From: Vicugna vicugna
Lineage: Eukaryota
Assembly (NCBI GenBank): GCA_013265495.1
Contig: MU057776.1
Coordinates: 186,001-226,907, forward strand
Direction: 5' to 3'
Length of the DNA: 40,907 bases
Below, one piece after another: positions 10,401 to 21,159 of this stretch. The notes below the pieces were generated by a model. It was given only the letters and a program-made list of their open reading frames with translations, was not told the DNA's origin and searched no databases. The translations under genes were made by a program, and so were the position numbers. Within the stretch, counting starts at the first letter, position 1. The number at the start of each line of letters is the position of its first letter.

Positions 10401-13400
10401 CCTCTGCTTCTCAGCTCTGACCCTTGTGCCCTTCTCCCCTGCAGCCGGAAGGTCAGGACCCAGACGTGCTGTTTCCTGGGGGGGCCCGAAGGCCCTTCTC
10501 ACTTAACCTCACCCATCAGGTGCCCCCCTGGCGGGAGGAGGTGAGCTCTGCTTGGCTGCCTGGTAGGGGTGGGCAGGGCAGGGCAGCGGTGCAGGAGGTA
10601 AGCCCTCCTCCTGCCCCCAGTACAAGGGGCAGGTGAATCTGCATGTGTTTGAGGACTGGTGTGGTGGCGCCGTGGGCCATCTGCGGAGGAACCTACACTT
10701 CCCGCTCTTCCCTCACGTGAGTGCTGGGGGCTGGGCGGTTGGCCCACAGGTGGGCAGGGGTATGCGGGGGCCCTGATATCGAGGCCGCTGCCACCCCCAG
10801 ACACGCACCACAGTGAAGAAGCTGGCCGTGTCCCCCAAGTGGAAGAACTATGGCCTCCGGATCTTCGGCTTCATCCACCCGGCGAGAGATGGTGCGGGCA
10901 TGGGGTGTGGGGGGAGGGGGGCAGGAAGGCCCCACACCCCCCTGAGCCCTGTCCTGTGGCCTAGGAGACATCCAGTTCTCCGTGGCTTCAGATGACAACT
11001 CTGAGTTCTGGCTGAGCCCAAACGAGAGCCCGGCGGGCGCCCAGCTGATGGCCTTTGTGGGCAAGGTACCCCCACCTGAAGCCCAGCCCCTCCATCCACA
11101 CCCCTTCTGTTTTCACGGGCCTCCTGCGGCCTTGGTCACTTGTTCCCTCCAGCTTCTTAGGAATGGGGACTGGATGGGGCTGGTGCCCCCAAGGAGGGGG
11201 TGAGCCCCCTGCCCCTTCTGTGTCACCCTCCAGACTGGCTCCGAGTGGACAGCGCCTGGAGAATTCACCAAGTTCAGCTCCCAGGTGTCCAAGCCCAGGA
11301 GGTGAGTGGCTGTGGGAGCATGTGTCTGCGTGTGTGGGGACTGGGTGACATGCGTGCATGAGGCCAGTGCTGCTGTGCCTCCGTCTGCTTGGGGCTCCTG
11401 GGGCCTGCCCCTGACCTCTCTGTCCCCAGGCTCATGGCCTCCCGGAGGTACTACTTTGAGCTGCTGCACAAGCAGGATGACCGCGGCTCGGACCACGTGG
11501 AAGTAGGCGTGAGTGCAGCTGCCCTCCTGAGGGCTTCAAGACCCCACCTCCCCGGACCTGCCCTCCCCTCCGCTGCTCCCTGCAGGGCAGCAGTGTGGAC
11601 CCTGCCCCAGAGGAGCACCCAGCCTAGCTGACGAAGCAGAGGACAAAGCAGACGCTCAGGGATGGGCTTAGGCTTCACGGTTCCCGCTCGGGGCCCAGGG
11701 GGTTCATGGAGGAAGTGGCCCTGGAGTAGAGTCTTGGGAGATGATAGACATCCACCAGGAGACGAGCAGAGGAATTTGGGGTGCATCAAATGAACTCCAG
11801 GTCCCCACCCAGAGTCTTCTGGAATCCAAGCAGGCCGGTGTCCAGATCAGGCAGGACTTCCCCCTGAGGAAAATCCCTCTGGCCACTACTTGAAGAGAGC
11901 CTGGTAGGAGGGACTTCTAGGGGCAGCCTTGGGGCCTGAACCAGGGAGGTGAGAATGGAGGAAGTGGGGGGTTGCACAGCTACCAAGAGCGTGAGCCTGG
12001 CTGGGTGTGGGTTGGTGAGCAGGGTGGGTCGGGTTGGGGGGCATGTTGCAGGTGCCTGGTTTGTGTGCAGTGAGTGTCACCTTAGCTCAGCTTGGCACAG
12101 AGTCTAGGCTGGAAATGCAGATTCAAGGTGACCTTGTGGAAGCCGAGGGGGCGACGAAGAGGGCCCGGCATAGCCCATAGGAACCCCATTGTGAGGGCAT
12201 GGGAGAGGGACAGAGTCTGCAAGGGAGACTGAGAGGGAGTGGCCGGAGAAGCTGGGGAATGGGGATGGGGAGGTCCAGCAGGGAGCGGGGGCTGCTGAGT
12301 CCATCCCTTGGAAGGACAGCTCCACCCTCCAGAAGAGCCGTGGCTGCAGCAGCAGGAGCAGGTAGGGCAGAAGCCATAACCAGAAGATGAGGAAGCACCC
12401 AGGATGTCAGGAAAGGCCTGGAGGGAGCATGGGAGGTCCTCGCCTGCCTCCAGGGACCCTAGCCGTCTGGGCCTCCTTAGGACCCCCTCCCATCCACCTT
12501 CCCAGCTTCCTGCACCCTTGACCAGGCCATCCGCTTTAGCTCCCCACCCCGCATCGGGAAGAATCACTCATCCCTGACCAAGCCAAGTTCCCACCTTGAC
12601 CCCTGTCCTCTGGTCCTGACAATCCTCTCTACCCTGCAGTGGCGAGCCTTCCTGCCGGGCCTGAAGTTCGAGGTCATAGGCCCTGCTCACATCTCCCTGT
12701 ACACAGGTGCAGTGCCTGGTGCCTCTCTGGGAAAGGGGGAGGGCTCCTAATGGGTGGTCTCTTTGGGATGGTGTCTGGATGTAGGTGAGGAGGGGTCCCT
12801 GGGCACTCCCGGGGACCCCCACATCCTCTGTCTCTAGATGAGTCAGCCCTGAAGATGGACCACGTGGCCCACGTCCCACAGTCCCCAGCCAGTCGCGTCC
12901 AGAGGCTCCTGCTGCAGGAGGAGCCCAGAGCTGACATGCTGCGGCCAGATCCACGAGACACCTTCTTTCTCAGTGAGAGGGGGCCCGCGAGGGGCATGGG
13001 GCGGGGGTTCCAGGCCGGCCACCCTGTGACCATCCCTCCTGCAGCGCCTCGGTTGGAGCCCTCGAGTCTGGAGAATGTGCTGGAGCCCTGTTCCTACGCC
13101 CCCACCTACGTCGTCAAGGACTTTCCTATCGCAAGATACCAGGGACTGCAATTTGTGAGTGCCTCTCGCCAAGACCTTCCCTGAGACCCAGGCCTCCCTC
13201 TCCCCCGGGTCCCCTGAGCCTCCTCCAGATCCTCTGGAAGACGCCTGGCCTGAGCACTCTGCCCTGTCTCAGGTGTACCTGTCCTTCGTTTATCCCAATG
13301 ACCACACGCGCCTCACTCACATGGAGACGGACAACAAGTGCTTCTACCGCGAGTCACCGCTGTATCTGGAAAGGTGTGTGGGTGGTAACAGGGAAAGAAT

Positions 13401-16400
13401 GGGGCGGGGCCTCTGCGCAGCGGGGTCTCTGATGCCCCGCCCCCGCCCCAGGTTTGGGTTCTATAAATACATGAAGGTGGACAGGGAGGAAAGGGAGGAA
13501 GATGAAGAGGAGGAGGTGCAGCGCCGAGCCTTCCTCTTCCTCAACCCGGATGGTGAGTGCCCCCCACCGCCTCCGCCCCCAGCTAGGCCCTCCCGGGCAG
13601 GGTGGCTGAACTGCCCTTTCCACAGACTTCCTGGACGACGAGGACGAAGGGGAGCTGGAACCCACCGAGGCGTCCCCAGCGCAGAGCAGCCGCCTGTTTC
13701 CCGCCCCTTTGGCTCCCACCAAGGCCCCAGCCACCCCTGCCCCGCCCACGTCTGCCACCCACCGGGGCGGCCCGGCCCCCAGGCGCTCGCGGGCGCTGAG
13801 CTGGGCTGCCCTTCCCCTTCCCCTCCTCTTGGGCCGCGCCCCACCACCACGCGCCGCAGCCCAGCGGCCGGCCCCAAAGGTGTACGTGACACGGGTGCGG
13901 CCGGGACCGCGGGCGCCCCCCCAGGCCTTGGCCCCGCTCAGCCCACGAGGCCTGCCCTGGCCGCCCTTCCGCGGCGTCTACCTGCGCCCCAGATCTCTGC
14001 CCAGGGTGCAGCTGCGCACACCCTTACGCCCACCCCAGGCTCCTGGCCGCAGGACCGGCAGCCCCCAGGCCACAGAGCTGAGGCCCCTGGCCTGGGCCCA
14101 GGCCACTCAGGGGAGCCGGGAGGGTGCGCCGGGACTCGCGGCCCCCACAGCGGACTCTAACTCAACTACTGAGGGGCAGCCTGTGACCTCCTTCCTGAGC
14201 TTGTCCCAGGTGTCCAGGCCACAGCTGCCTGGGGAGGGTGAGGAGGAGGAGGAGGAAGGGGACGACGAGGACGCAGAGGAAGGGGCCCCGGGCGATGAGG
14301 CTGCGTCAGAGGACAGCGAAGAGGCAGCTGGCCCGGCGCACAGCCAATGGCGCGAGGATGCCATCAACTGGCAGCGCACATTCAGCGTGGGCAACGTGGA
14401 CTTTGAGCTGCTGCGCTCAGACTGGAATGACCTGCGCTGCAACGTGTCTGGAAACTTGCAGCTGCCCGAGGCAGAGGCCGTGGACGTGGTGGCTCAGTAC
14501 ATGGAGCGTCTCAACACGCACCACGCCGGGTACGGGCGTCGGGCGCAAGTGAGACAGGACTGCCTTGGCTTCTGTGGGATCCTTAGACCTTTCCTAGGGT
14601 TTAACAGAGTAGCACACACCCCTTCTCCCTTCTGGGGCTCCTTACTGCATAGGGTCCCATGTATTAGGAACTTACTCCCCAACCCAGGGCTGGCCCTCCA
14701 GTGCTGTATGTACCTCCAAACCCCATGCCTATCGCCTTGGACCTAGACCTGAGCCACCCAGGTCTCTCCTCTAGATAGAGACACACACGAAGGTCAAGCT
14801 AAGAGCCCCCTGGACCGCTCCTCCGCTGGCAAAGTGCTGACTCAGGTCTTGGTCCTCAAGGGAAGGCTCAGGGTTCCTGCCCCATTGGACCCTCAGGTCT
14901 CCCCTAGGCCCCAGGTTCCAGTCCTGTCTCCACCCCAAGCAGGTATGGGGGCAGAGAGTGGGGGCCCCAGCTTGGCCTTAGGGTTCTCAGAGGTGTGCTG
15001 AACCCTTAAGGAGGGGCAGGCAGGCTCTGCAGATAGCCACAACAGGTAAGGGCTGGCCAGGAGGGCTGGTGGCAGAGGACAGGCATCGTGGGCCTCGAAG
15101 GCCAGGCACAAGACTCATTCTTCTTGCCTGTGAAACAAAGTTTTGAGACTTTGGGTTTGGCCCATTTGGGTTGTAGACAAGCATGTGGCTGCCTTGGAGG
15201 GCAGTGGGTGGGAGGGGAAGCCTGTGACCCAAGGCTTGGTCCAGGGCAGTGACAAGATGTTCTGGGCTCTCAGCGGGGGCTGGAGGCAGGTTGATTCTAG
15301 ATGGCTGAGAAATCAAACCTGCCCCCTGACTGAACTTCCTGACAGCAGCTCATCATCCGACCAGCATGAGGGGTCTTTCCAGCAGAAGGGTCATGGCTGT
15401 GGTCCCAAGGAGCAAGAGCAGACAGACCAGAGAGTCTGGGGCAGAAAGTCCCTGACAGTGAGGACAGCATGGTGGGGAAGGGCAGAGGTTGAAGGGAGGA
15501 ATTTGGACCCCAAGGAGGTCACACAGGTAGGCTCCTGGCATGAGGGACACTGGCAGCAGAAGGAAGAGTGATCTCAGTCAGGGGCAGGTGCGATTTTCCC
15601 AGGATGAGGAGAAGCCTCTGTTTGAGGGCAGAGTGATGGGGGAAATGGTGCACTGAGCAGGGCTGGGGTGGGGGGAGCAGAGAGGGTCTCACTGCAGGCC
15701 CAGAGGCTTCTTCCCTGGGGATCAGGATGGCCTTGGGCTGGTGCCAGGGAAGGCACCAAGGAGGCTTCTCAGGGGAAGCACCCAGGACCGTAGAGAGGAG
15801 GGGCTGGGGAAGACTGGGGCAAGCATCCAGGCAGGGACACCCACGTCAAAGAGCACAGGAAAGGAGGAAGTTTGCTCATGGAGCATGAGGGGATATTGAG
15901 GCCACAAGGTAGAGACCCTCACTGACTTAGAATGCCACTTAAGACGTTTGAACCTCATCCTGTGGACAGTGGGTGTCCCTGAAGATTTCTGAGCATGTCG
16001 CTGTGGGCAGGAATGATGGCACCCAGAAGAGAAGACGACAGGAGAGGGCCAAACTGGACTTGGGGGACACCTCCCTTGTGGGCTGCCCTAGGCTGGGGGA
16101 GGCACAGAATGTGGGCTTGTCTTCTGGGAACTCCCCGGTGGCCGGGAGGGAGAGGGACCCATGGCAGCACCCTCCCTCAGTCACCTGAGTTTCTGGAGCT
16201 GGGGCGATTTGCAGGAAGAGTCGGGGTTGGGGGCAGGGGATGCAACCGCCCACTGGAGGAGCTGACCTGGCCCCGCCTCCCAGGCGGTACGCACTTCTGC
16301 GCATCGTGAACGTGGAGAAGCGCAGGGATTCCGCACGCGGAAGCCGTTTCCTCCTGGAGCTGGAGCTGCAGGAACGCGGAGGCGGCCGCCTGCGCCTGTC

Positions 16401-18449
16401 TGAGTACGTCTTCCTGCGACTGCCTGGAGTCCGAGCCGGGGACACAGATGGGGACGGGGAGAGTCCCGAGCCTACTCCTGAGGTCTCAGCGCACCCCGAC
16501 GGCCGCCCGGAGCTGTGCCGGCCGCTGCGCCTGGCCTGGCGCCAGGATGTAACGGTACACTTCATTGTGCCAGGTGCGCAGGAGGGCTGCAGGCCGGCCA
16601 CCTGGGATCGGGGGGGACTGGGTCCAGGAGGCCCCATGGGAGATGGGGAGTGCCACTGGCCCTGGAGAGGGTATCACGGTGAGTCAGGGTTGGCTCTGTG
16701 TCCCCATCCTCCAGTGAAGAACCAGGCACGCTGGGTGGTACAGTTCCTGGCGGACATGGCCGCGCTGCACGCCCACACAGGAGACTCTCACTTCAGTGTC
16801 ATCCTGGTGGACTTTGAGAGCGAGGACATGGATGTGGAGCAGGCCCTGCGTGCTGCGCAACTGCCCAGGTAACAGCACCCCGACCAGGGAGGGAGGAGCA
16901 TATCTTCTCTCTTCCGAACAGCGGATTTTCTTGCCTGCCGTCGCCCCGAGAAATGGGGGCTGTGACTTCCCAGTCTTTACTCCCCCCTGACCAGGTACCA
17001 ATACCTAAGGCGAACCGGAAACTTTGAGCGCTCTGCTGGGTTGCAAGCTGGAGTGGACGCGGTGGAGGTGCCTGTGTGGGTTGGGGCGGGTGGGCAGAGT
17101 GAGATGGGCTGGGGTGGGGGATGCCAAGAGAGGAACTTGTCTTCCGGAGGAGGGGGTGAGGCTCAGACCTCCCCGCTTCCTCCAGGATGCCAGCAGCATC
17201 GTTTTCCTCTGCGACCTGCATATCCACTTCCCCCTCAGCATCCTGGACAGCATCCGCAAGCACTGCGTGGAGGGCAAGCTGGCCTTCGCACCTGTGGTCA
17301 TGCGTCTGGGCTGCGGGAGCTCGCCTGGGGACCCACATGGTAATGCCCTTCAGTCATGCCAGGGTAAAATCCAGGCTCCCTGGGGGCCTCCCAACTCCTA
17401 AGGAGGCCAGGGACCCTATCAGTGCCCCCTATAATGCTCAGGACCCCTTGTGGTATCTAGGACCCCCAAAATGCCCAGGACCCCAGGTCCTCCCCTACTA
17501 ACCCCAGAGTCATGCTCAGCCCCTAGGAACCTCCTCCAACACCCAGGTCATGCACAAGGCTCCTAGGTTATAACCAACACGGAGCAGTGACCCCGAGAGC
17601 CCTCCTGAGGAAGGATTTGGGTTTGCAGGACCTAGTGTCTGAAGGGCACCCCATCCTTACCCCAGGTTACTGGGAGGTGAACGGCTTCGGCCTCTTTGGG
17701 ATCTACAAGTCAGACTTTGACCGCGTTGGAGGCATGAACACTGAGGAATTCCGAGACCAGTGGGGAGGCGAGGACTGGGAGCTCCTGGACAGGTGACCAC
17801 TTCCTCCCCCATCATGGAGACTGAGACTTCCTTATCTTCCTTATCCTCCTCCTCTGAGGAGGGAGGGGGACCCCCAGGGGTCCTCACATGCTGAGAGAAC
17901 TCTGCCTTCCTCTTTCCCCGACTCCCAGGATCTGTAGGCCTAGAGGGACCCTCAGACCCCACCCCATTCCCCAAAACCCCTTCCTACCCCAGGGTCCTGC
18001 ACGCTCAGGGAAGCGCTTGCATCAGTTCTGACCCCAGATCCTATAGGCCTGGTGGTGGTCCTGAGCCCCCACCCTCCCACCAGGGTCCTAGAGTGGTGGA
18101 AGCCCTGATCCCCCTAGACCCTGGGCAGGGTCACGACCACTTCCATCCCATCCCATTCCGAGTTCTGTAGGCTCAGGGCAGCCCTGAACCCCTGCCCTCC
18201 CCCTGCAGGGTCCTGAAGAATCAGGGCCACCCCAGTCACCCCCAAACCCAGTCTTGATCACCCCCTGTAGGATCACAAAGATCCTACAGGCTCGGGGGCA
18301 GCCCTGACCGCCCCTCTCTACCCAGGGTCCTGCAGGCAGGGCTGGAGGTGGAGCGGCTCCGACTGCGGAACTTTTACCACCACTACCACTCCAAGCGGGG
18401 GATGTGGGGCACACGCAGCCGGAAGGCCTCCCACAGGGAGGCACCCTGA
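6997..18449 (+). CDS. B4GALNT4: Beta-1,4-N-acetylgalactosaminyltransferase 4 (LacdiNAc synthase), complete, 20 coding exons, 3126 nt / 1041 aa
   Basis: Exons with GT-AG junctions and consistent phases: 6997-7147, 10005-10108, 10445-10540, 10621-10716, 10801-10891, 10965-11065, 11234-11301, 11430-11508, 12640-12706, 12838-12972, 13045-13154, 13273-13373, 13452-13552, 13626-14529, 16284-16573, 16715-16868, 16995-17067, 17186-17339, 17666-17792, 18326-18449. Starts [33 protein letters not shown] (type II signal anchor); PA14 domain ([12 protein letters not shown]...[11 protein letters not shown]...YYFELLHKQ); Pro/Arg-rich and acidic stem in exon 14; GT7 catalytic motifs FLCDLHIHF and [11 protein letters not shown]; ends [26 protein letters not shown]. 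Confidence 0.97.
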
Positions 18450-18757
18450 AGACCAGCGACCCCTCCTGGCCCAGGCTGCAGCGCTGCAGTGGCAGCTGGC
18501 AGCCAAGCTCTGAGCTTGGACCCTGGGGACCCGGCGGGGCTCATCCCAGGGCACAGCCACCATCTGTGCCTGGCCCTTCTGGCCCACCCAGGCCACTGCC
18601 CCATTTGTGCCCCTCCCCAGAGAGGCAGCCTTCATGGCAGGCTGGGGCCCAGGCCTGGTCCCCACGCCCTGTGTGATGATTTCTGTGAAATTCTGCCGTA
18701 GCGATGACCTTGTTTTCAGGATTTCCAAGAGTTCTGTCAGTTCCATTTTTTATTCAG

Positions 18758-18768
18758 AATGAAATGAA
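18758..18768 (+). terminator. Probable B4GALNT4 poly(A) signal (variant AATGAA, two overlapping copies)
   Basis: AT-rich island ~310 nt after the stop codon: AATGAAATGAA followed by a T-run and downstream GT-rich sequence; no AATAAA nearby. Confidence 0.55.
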
Positions 18769-19204
18769 ATATTTTTTTTAGTTCTGACTCATTCTCCGTG
18801 CCTGGTTCTCTTGGGTGGGCAGGGGCGAGCGTCAGCATTGGCAGGAGAGCCCCACACCCATGGGCAGCCCTGGGCACTGTCCCCGCTCCCAAGGCCCCTT
18901 CCTGACATGCAGCTGCAGCAGCCATGCTGACCCCATCCTCCTCCACCCTTGAAACCACTCTCCTCTTCCCCTTTAGCTTCTGCTTTGGGCCCTGGAGGGG
19001 TGGGGCCTGGCCTTCTTCCTCACCACCCTGTGCGTGGAGCCGCTGGTCACCGGCATGGCATGGGGCCTTCCCACTTGCCATTCAGCCTTCTCCTCAGTCC
19101 CCTCTGTTGTGAAGACAGGTCTCAGATGGCAGTCTCACCCCAGCCTCCTCACGCACTCCAACACTTGTCCCCAGGGTGGCAGGGGACGTTCCATGGCCAG
19201 GTTC

Positions 19205-19850
19205 GGGGTATCAGTTAGGACTAAGTTGCCATAAACAGAAAACCCAATGCAGACTGGCTTAGGCCATAATGGGGAGTTTGCTCCTTCGACTTTCGTGGCA
19301 TACTTGGAGATTCAGGGTCAGCAACCCCCTGGTGGTGCTGACAGGCCTGCCCTTCCCGGGAGGTCCCGATCACAGGAGGGAGGCCGGCCCTCTGCCTGGC
19401 CCTGGGTGTGCCTGCCTGGGTGAGTTCCCCACGGCCACTGTCGAACCGACTTACACACACACACCTCTGGAGGTCAGAAGTCCTAAAATTGAGGTTTTCA
19501 CAGGCCTGTGCTCCTCCTTGGACTTTGGGACTGAATCTGCTTCCTCCATTGCCAGCATCTAGAGGCCACCTGGATGTCCTGGCTCACGGCCTCCTCTCCA
19601 TCTTCAAAGCTGGCAGCTCACCATTTCCGTATTGCTCTCTCCCTGTGTCTCACCATCGCATCTCCTCTGACTCTGACCCTCTGACCCTCTTACAAGGACC
19701 CCTATGATTACCACCCAGGATAGCCTCCCCATCCCAAGCATAATCCTTTACGTCATCTGTGAAGTCCCTCTTGCCATGTAAGGTGATAGCCACAGCTTCT
19801 GGAGATTAGGGCATGGACATCTTTGGGGCCACTATTCCTCATCCACGGTC
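19205..19850. mobile_element. MaLR LTR relics (older MLT1-type piece ~19205-19400 and MLT1 LTR ~19455-19850)
   Basis: MLT1 hallmarks 'tctggaggtcagaagtcc', 'cttacaaggaccc', 'atctgtgaagtccctcttgccatgtaaggtga', 'ggacatctttggggccactattc'. Confidence 0.8.
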
Positions 19851-20454
19851 AGTGGGAGGACAGTCCATGTACCCAGCACTCCAAACAACCCTCGTGAGAT
19901 TTACCCAGATTGTATCCTCGGGTCATACCGCACCATTAACACAGGGCAGCACGAAGGATTTCAATGAAAGAGGAGCCAGATGGACACTCCATTCAGGCCC
20001 TGAGAAGAGCCTAGAGACGGACCTGCTGGAAGGGGTGGGAAGGGGCATTCGACTCTGTGACTGCTGACCGGAGCAGCCAGCAGGTGTCTGTAAACCTAAG
20101 TCACTGATGACATGTGGGCTTCACCCCAAGGGGCTGGTCCACAGCAGGCAAGGGCCCAGGGCGGAGGACACAGCCAACCTGCTGCACACCTACTAAGAAG
20201 ATCCTAGAGGCTCCCAGCTCAGACTGATCACTCCTCCCTAAGTATCTGGTTCAGAGGGAATGGTCCCCACTCACAGATGTTTCATAACAAGAAAAGAACC
20301 AGCACTGGAATTAAGAATATATATGACCTAAAGAGGGGAAGAATGTAATTAGCAGGCAGGTGGAGCATGCCCATCAGAAAAATAATTACCTCTGGAAGCA
20401 GAAGAAAATTTCAGTCAACATTCCATCTAACTTTGACTATATATACACCATAAT

Positions 20455-20735
20455 TTATTCATCCATTTTAACAACTACTTATTGAGCACCTACTATGTGA
20501 CAGGCACTGAGGAAAAAGTGATGAACAAAACAGACAAGAATCCTGTCCTTGTGGAACTTACATTCTAGGGAAGAGTGGACAGGAGCAGACAAAAGACACC
20601 ACAAAGAAAATGTGCAGTATACTACCTGGTGGCAACTGTTGTAGAGAAAAATGAAGCCAGAAAGAGAAGAGTAAGTTTGAGGCTGTCAAGGACAAGATGG
20701 GGAAGGGGAGGAAGTCAAACGTGACATTTGAGAAA
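20455..20735 (-). mobile_element. L2 LINE 3' end
   Basis: 'ttattgagcacctactatgtgacaggcactg...gtccttgtggaacttacattctag' is the reverse complement of the L2 3' terminus. Confidence 0.85.
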
Positions 20736-20754
20736 ATTTTTTAAAAATCAACGA

Positions 20755-21159
20755 TAAACCCCCTGTCCTCACTTCTTTTCATCCTTACCCTGGCAGTACT
20801 AGCTAATGCAACAAGCCAAGAAAAGGAAATAAAAGGTATACAGATTGAGGAGGAGAAACTAAAACTCTTTTAGTCTGCAAATGACATAATCATCTATGTA
20901 GAAAATCCAAAAGAATTAGCTAAAAACAAAAAAGAAAAGAACTAATAACCAATTATAGCAAGGTTGCAAGATACAAGGGTAATATACAAAAATCAATTGC
21001 TTTTCTATATGGTAGCAATGAACTACTGGAATTTGAAACTTAAAACACAATACCATTTACCATTAGCACCAAAACTAAATACTTAGCTATAAGTCTAACA
21101 AAATATGTATAAGATTTGTATAAGGAAAACTACAAAACTGACGAAAGAAATCAAAGACC
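20755..21159 (+). mobile_element. Old L1 ORF2 fragment (left part of the host L1 split by a nested insertion)
   Basis: 'ctagctaatgcaacaagccaagaaaaggaaataaaaggtatacagattg...gcaaatgacataatcatctatgtagaaaatcc' is RT-domain sequence; it continues at 23934. Confidence 0.9.
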
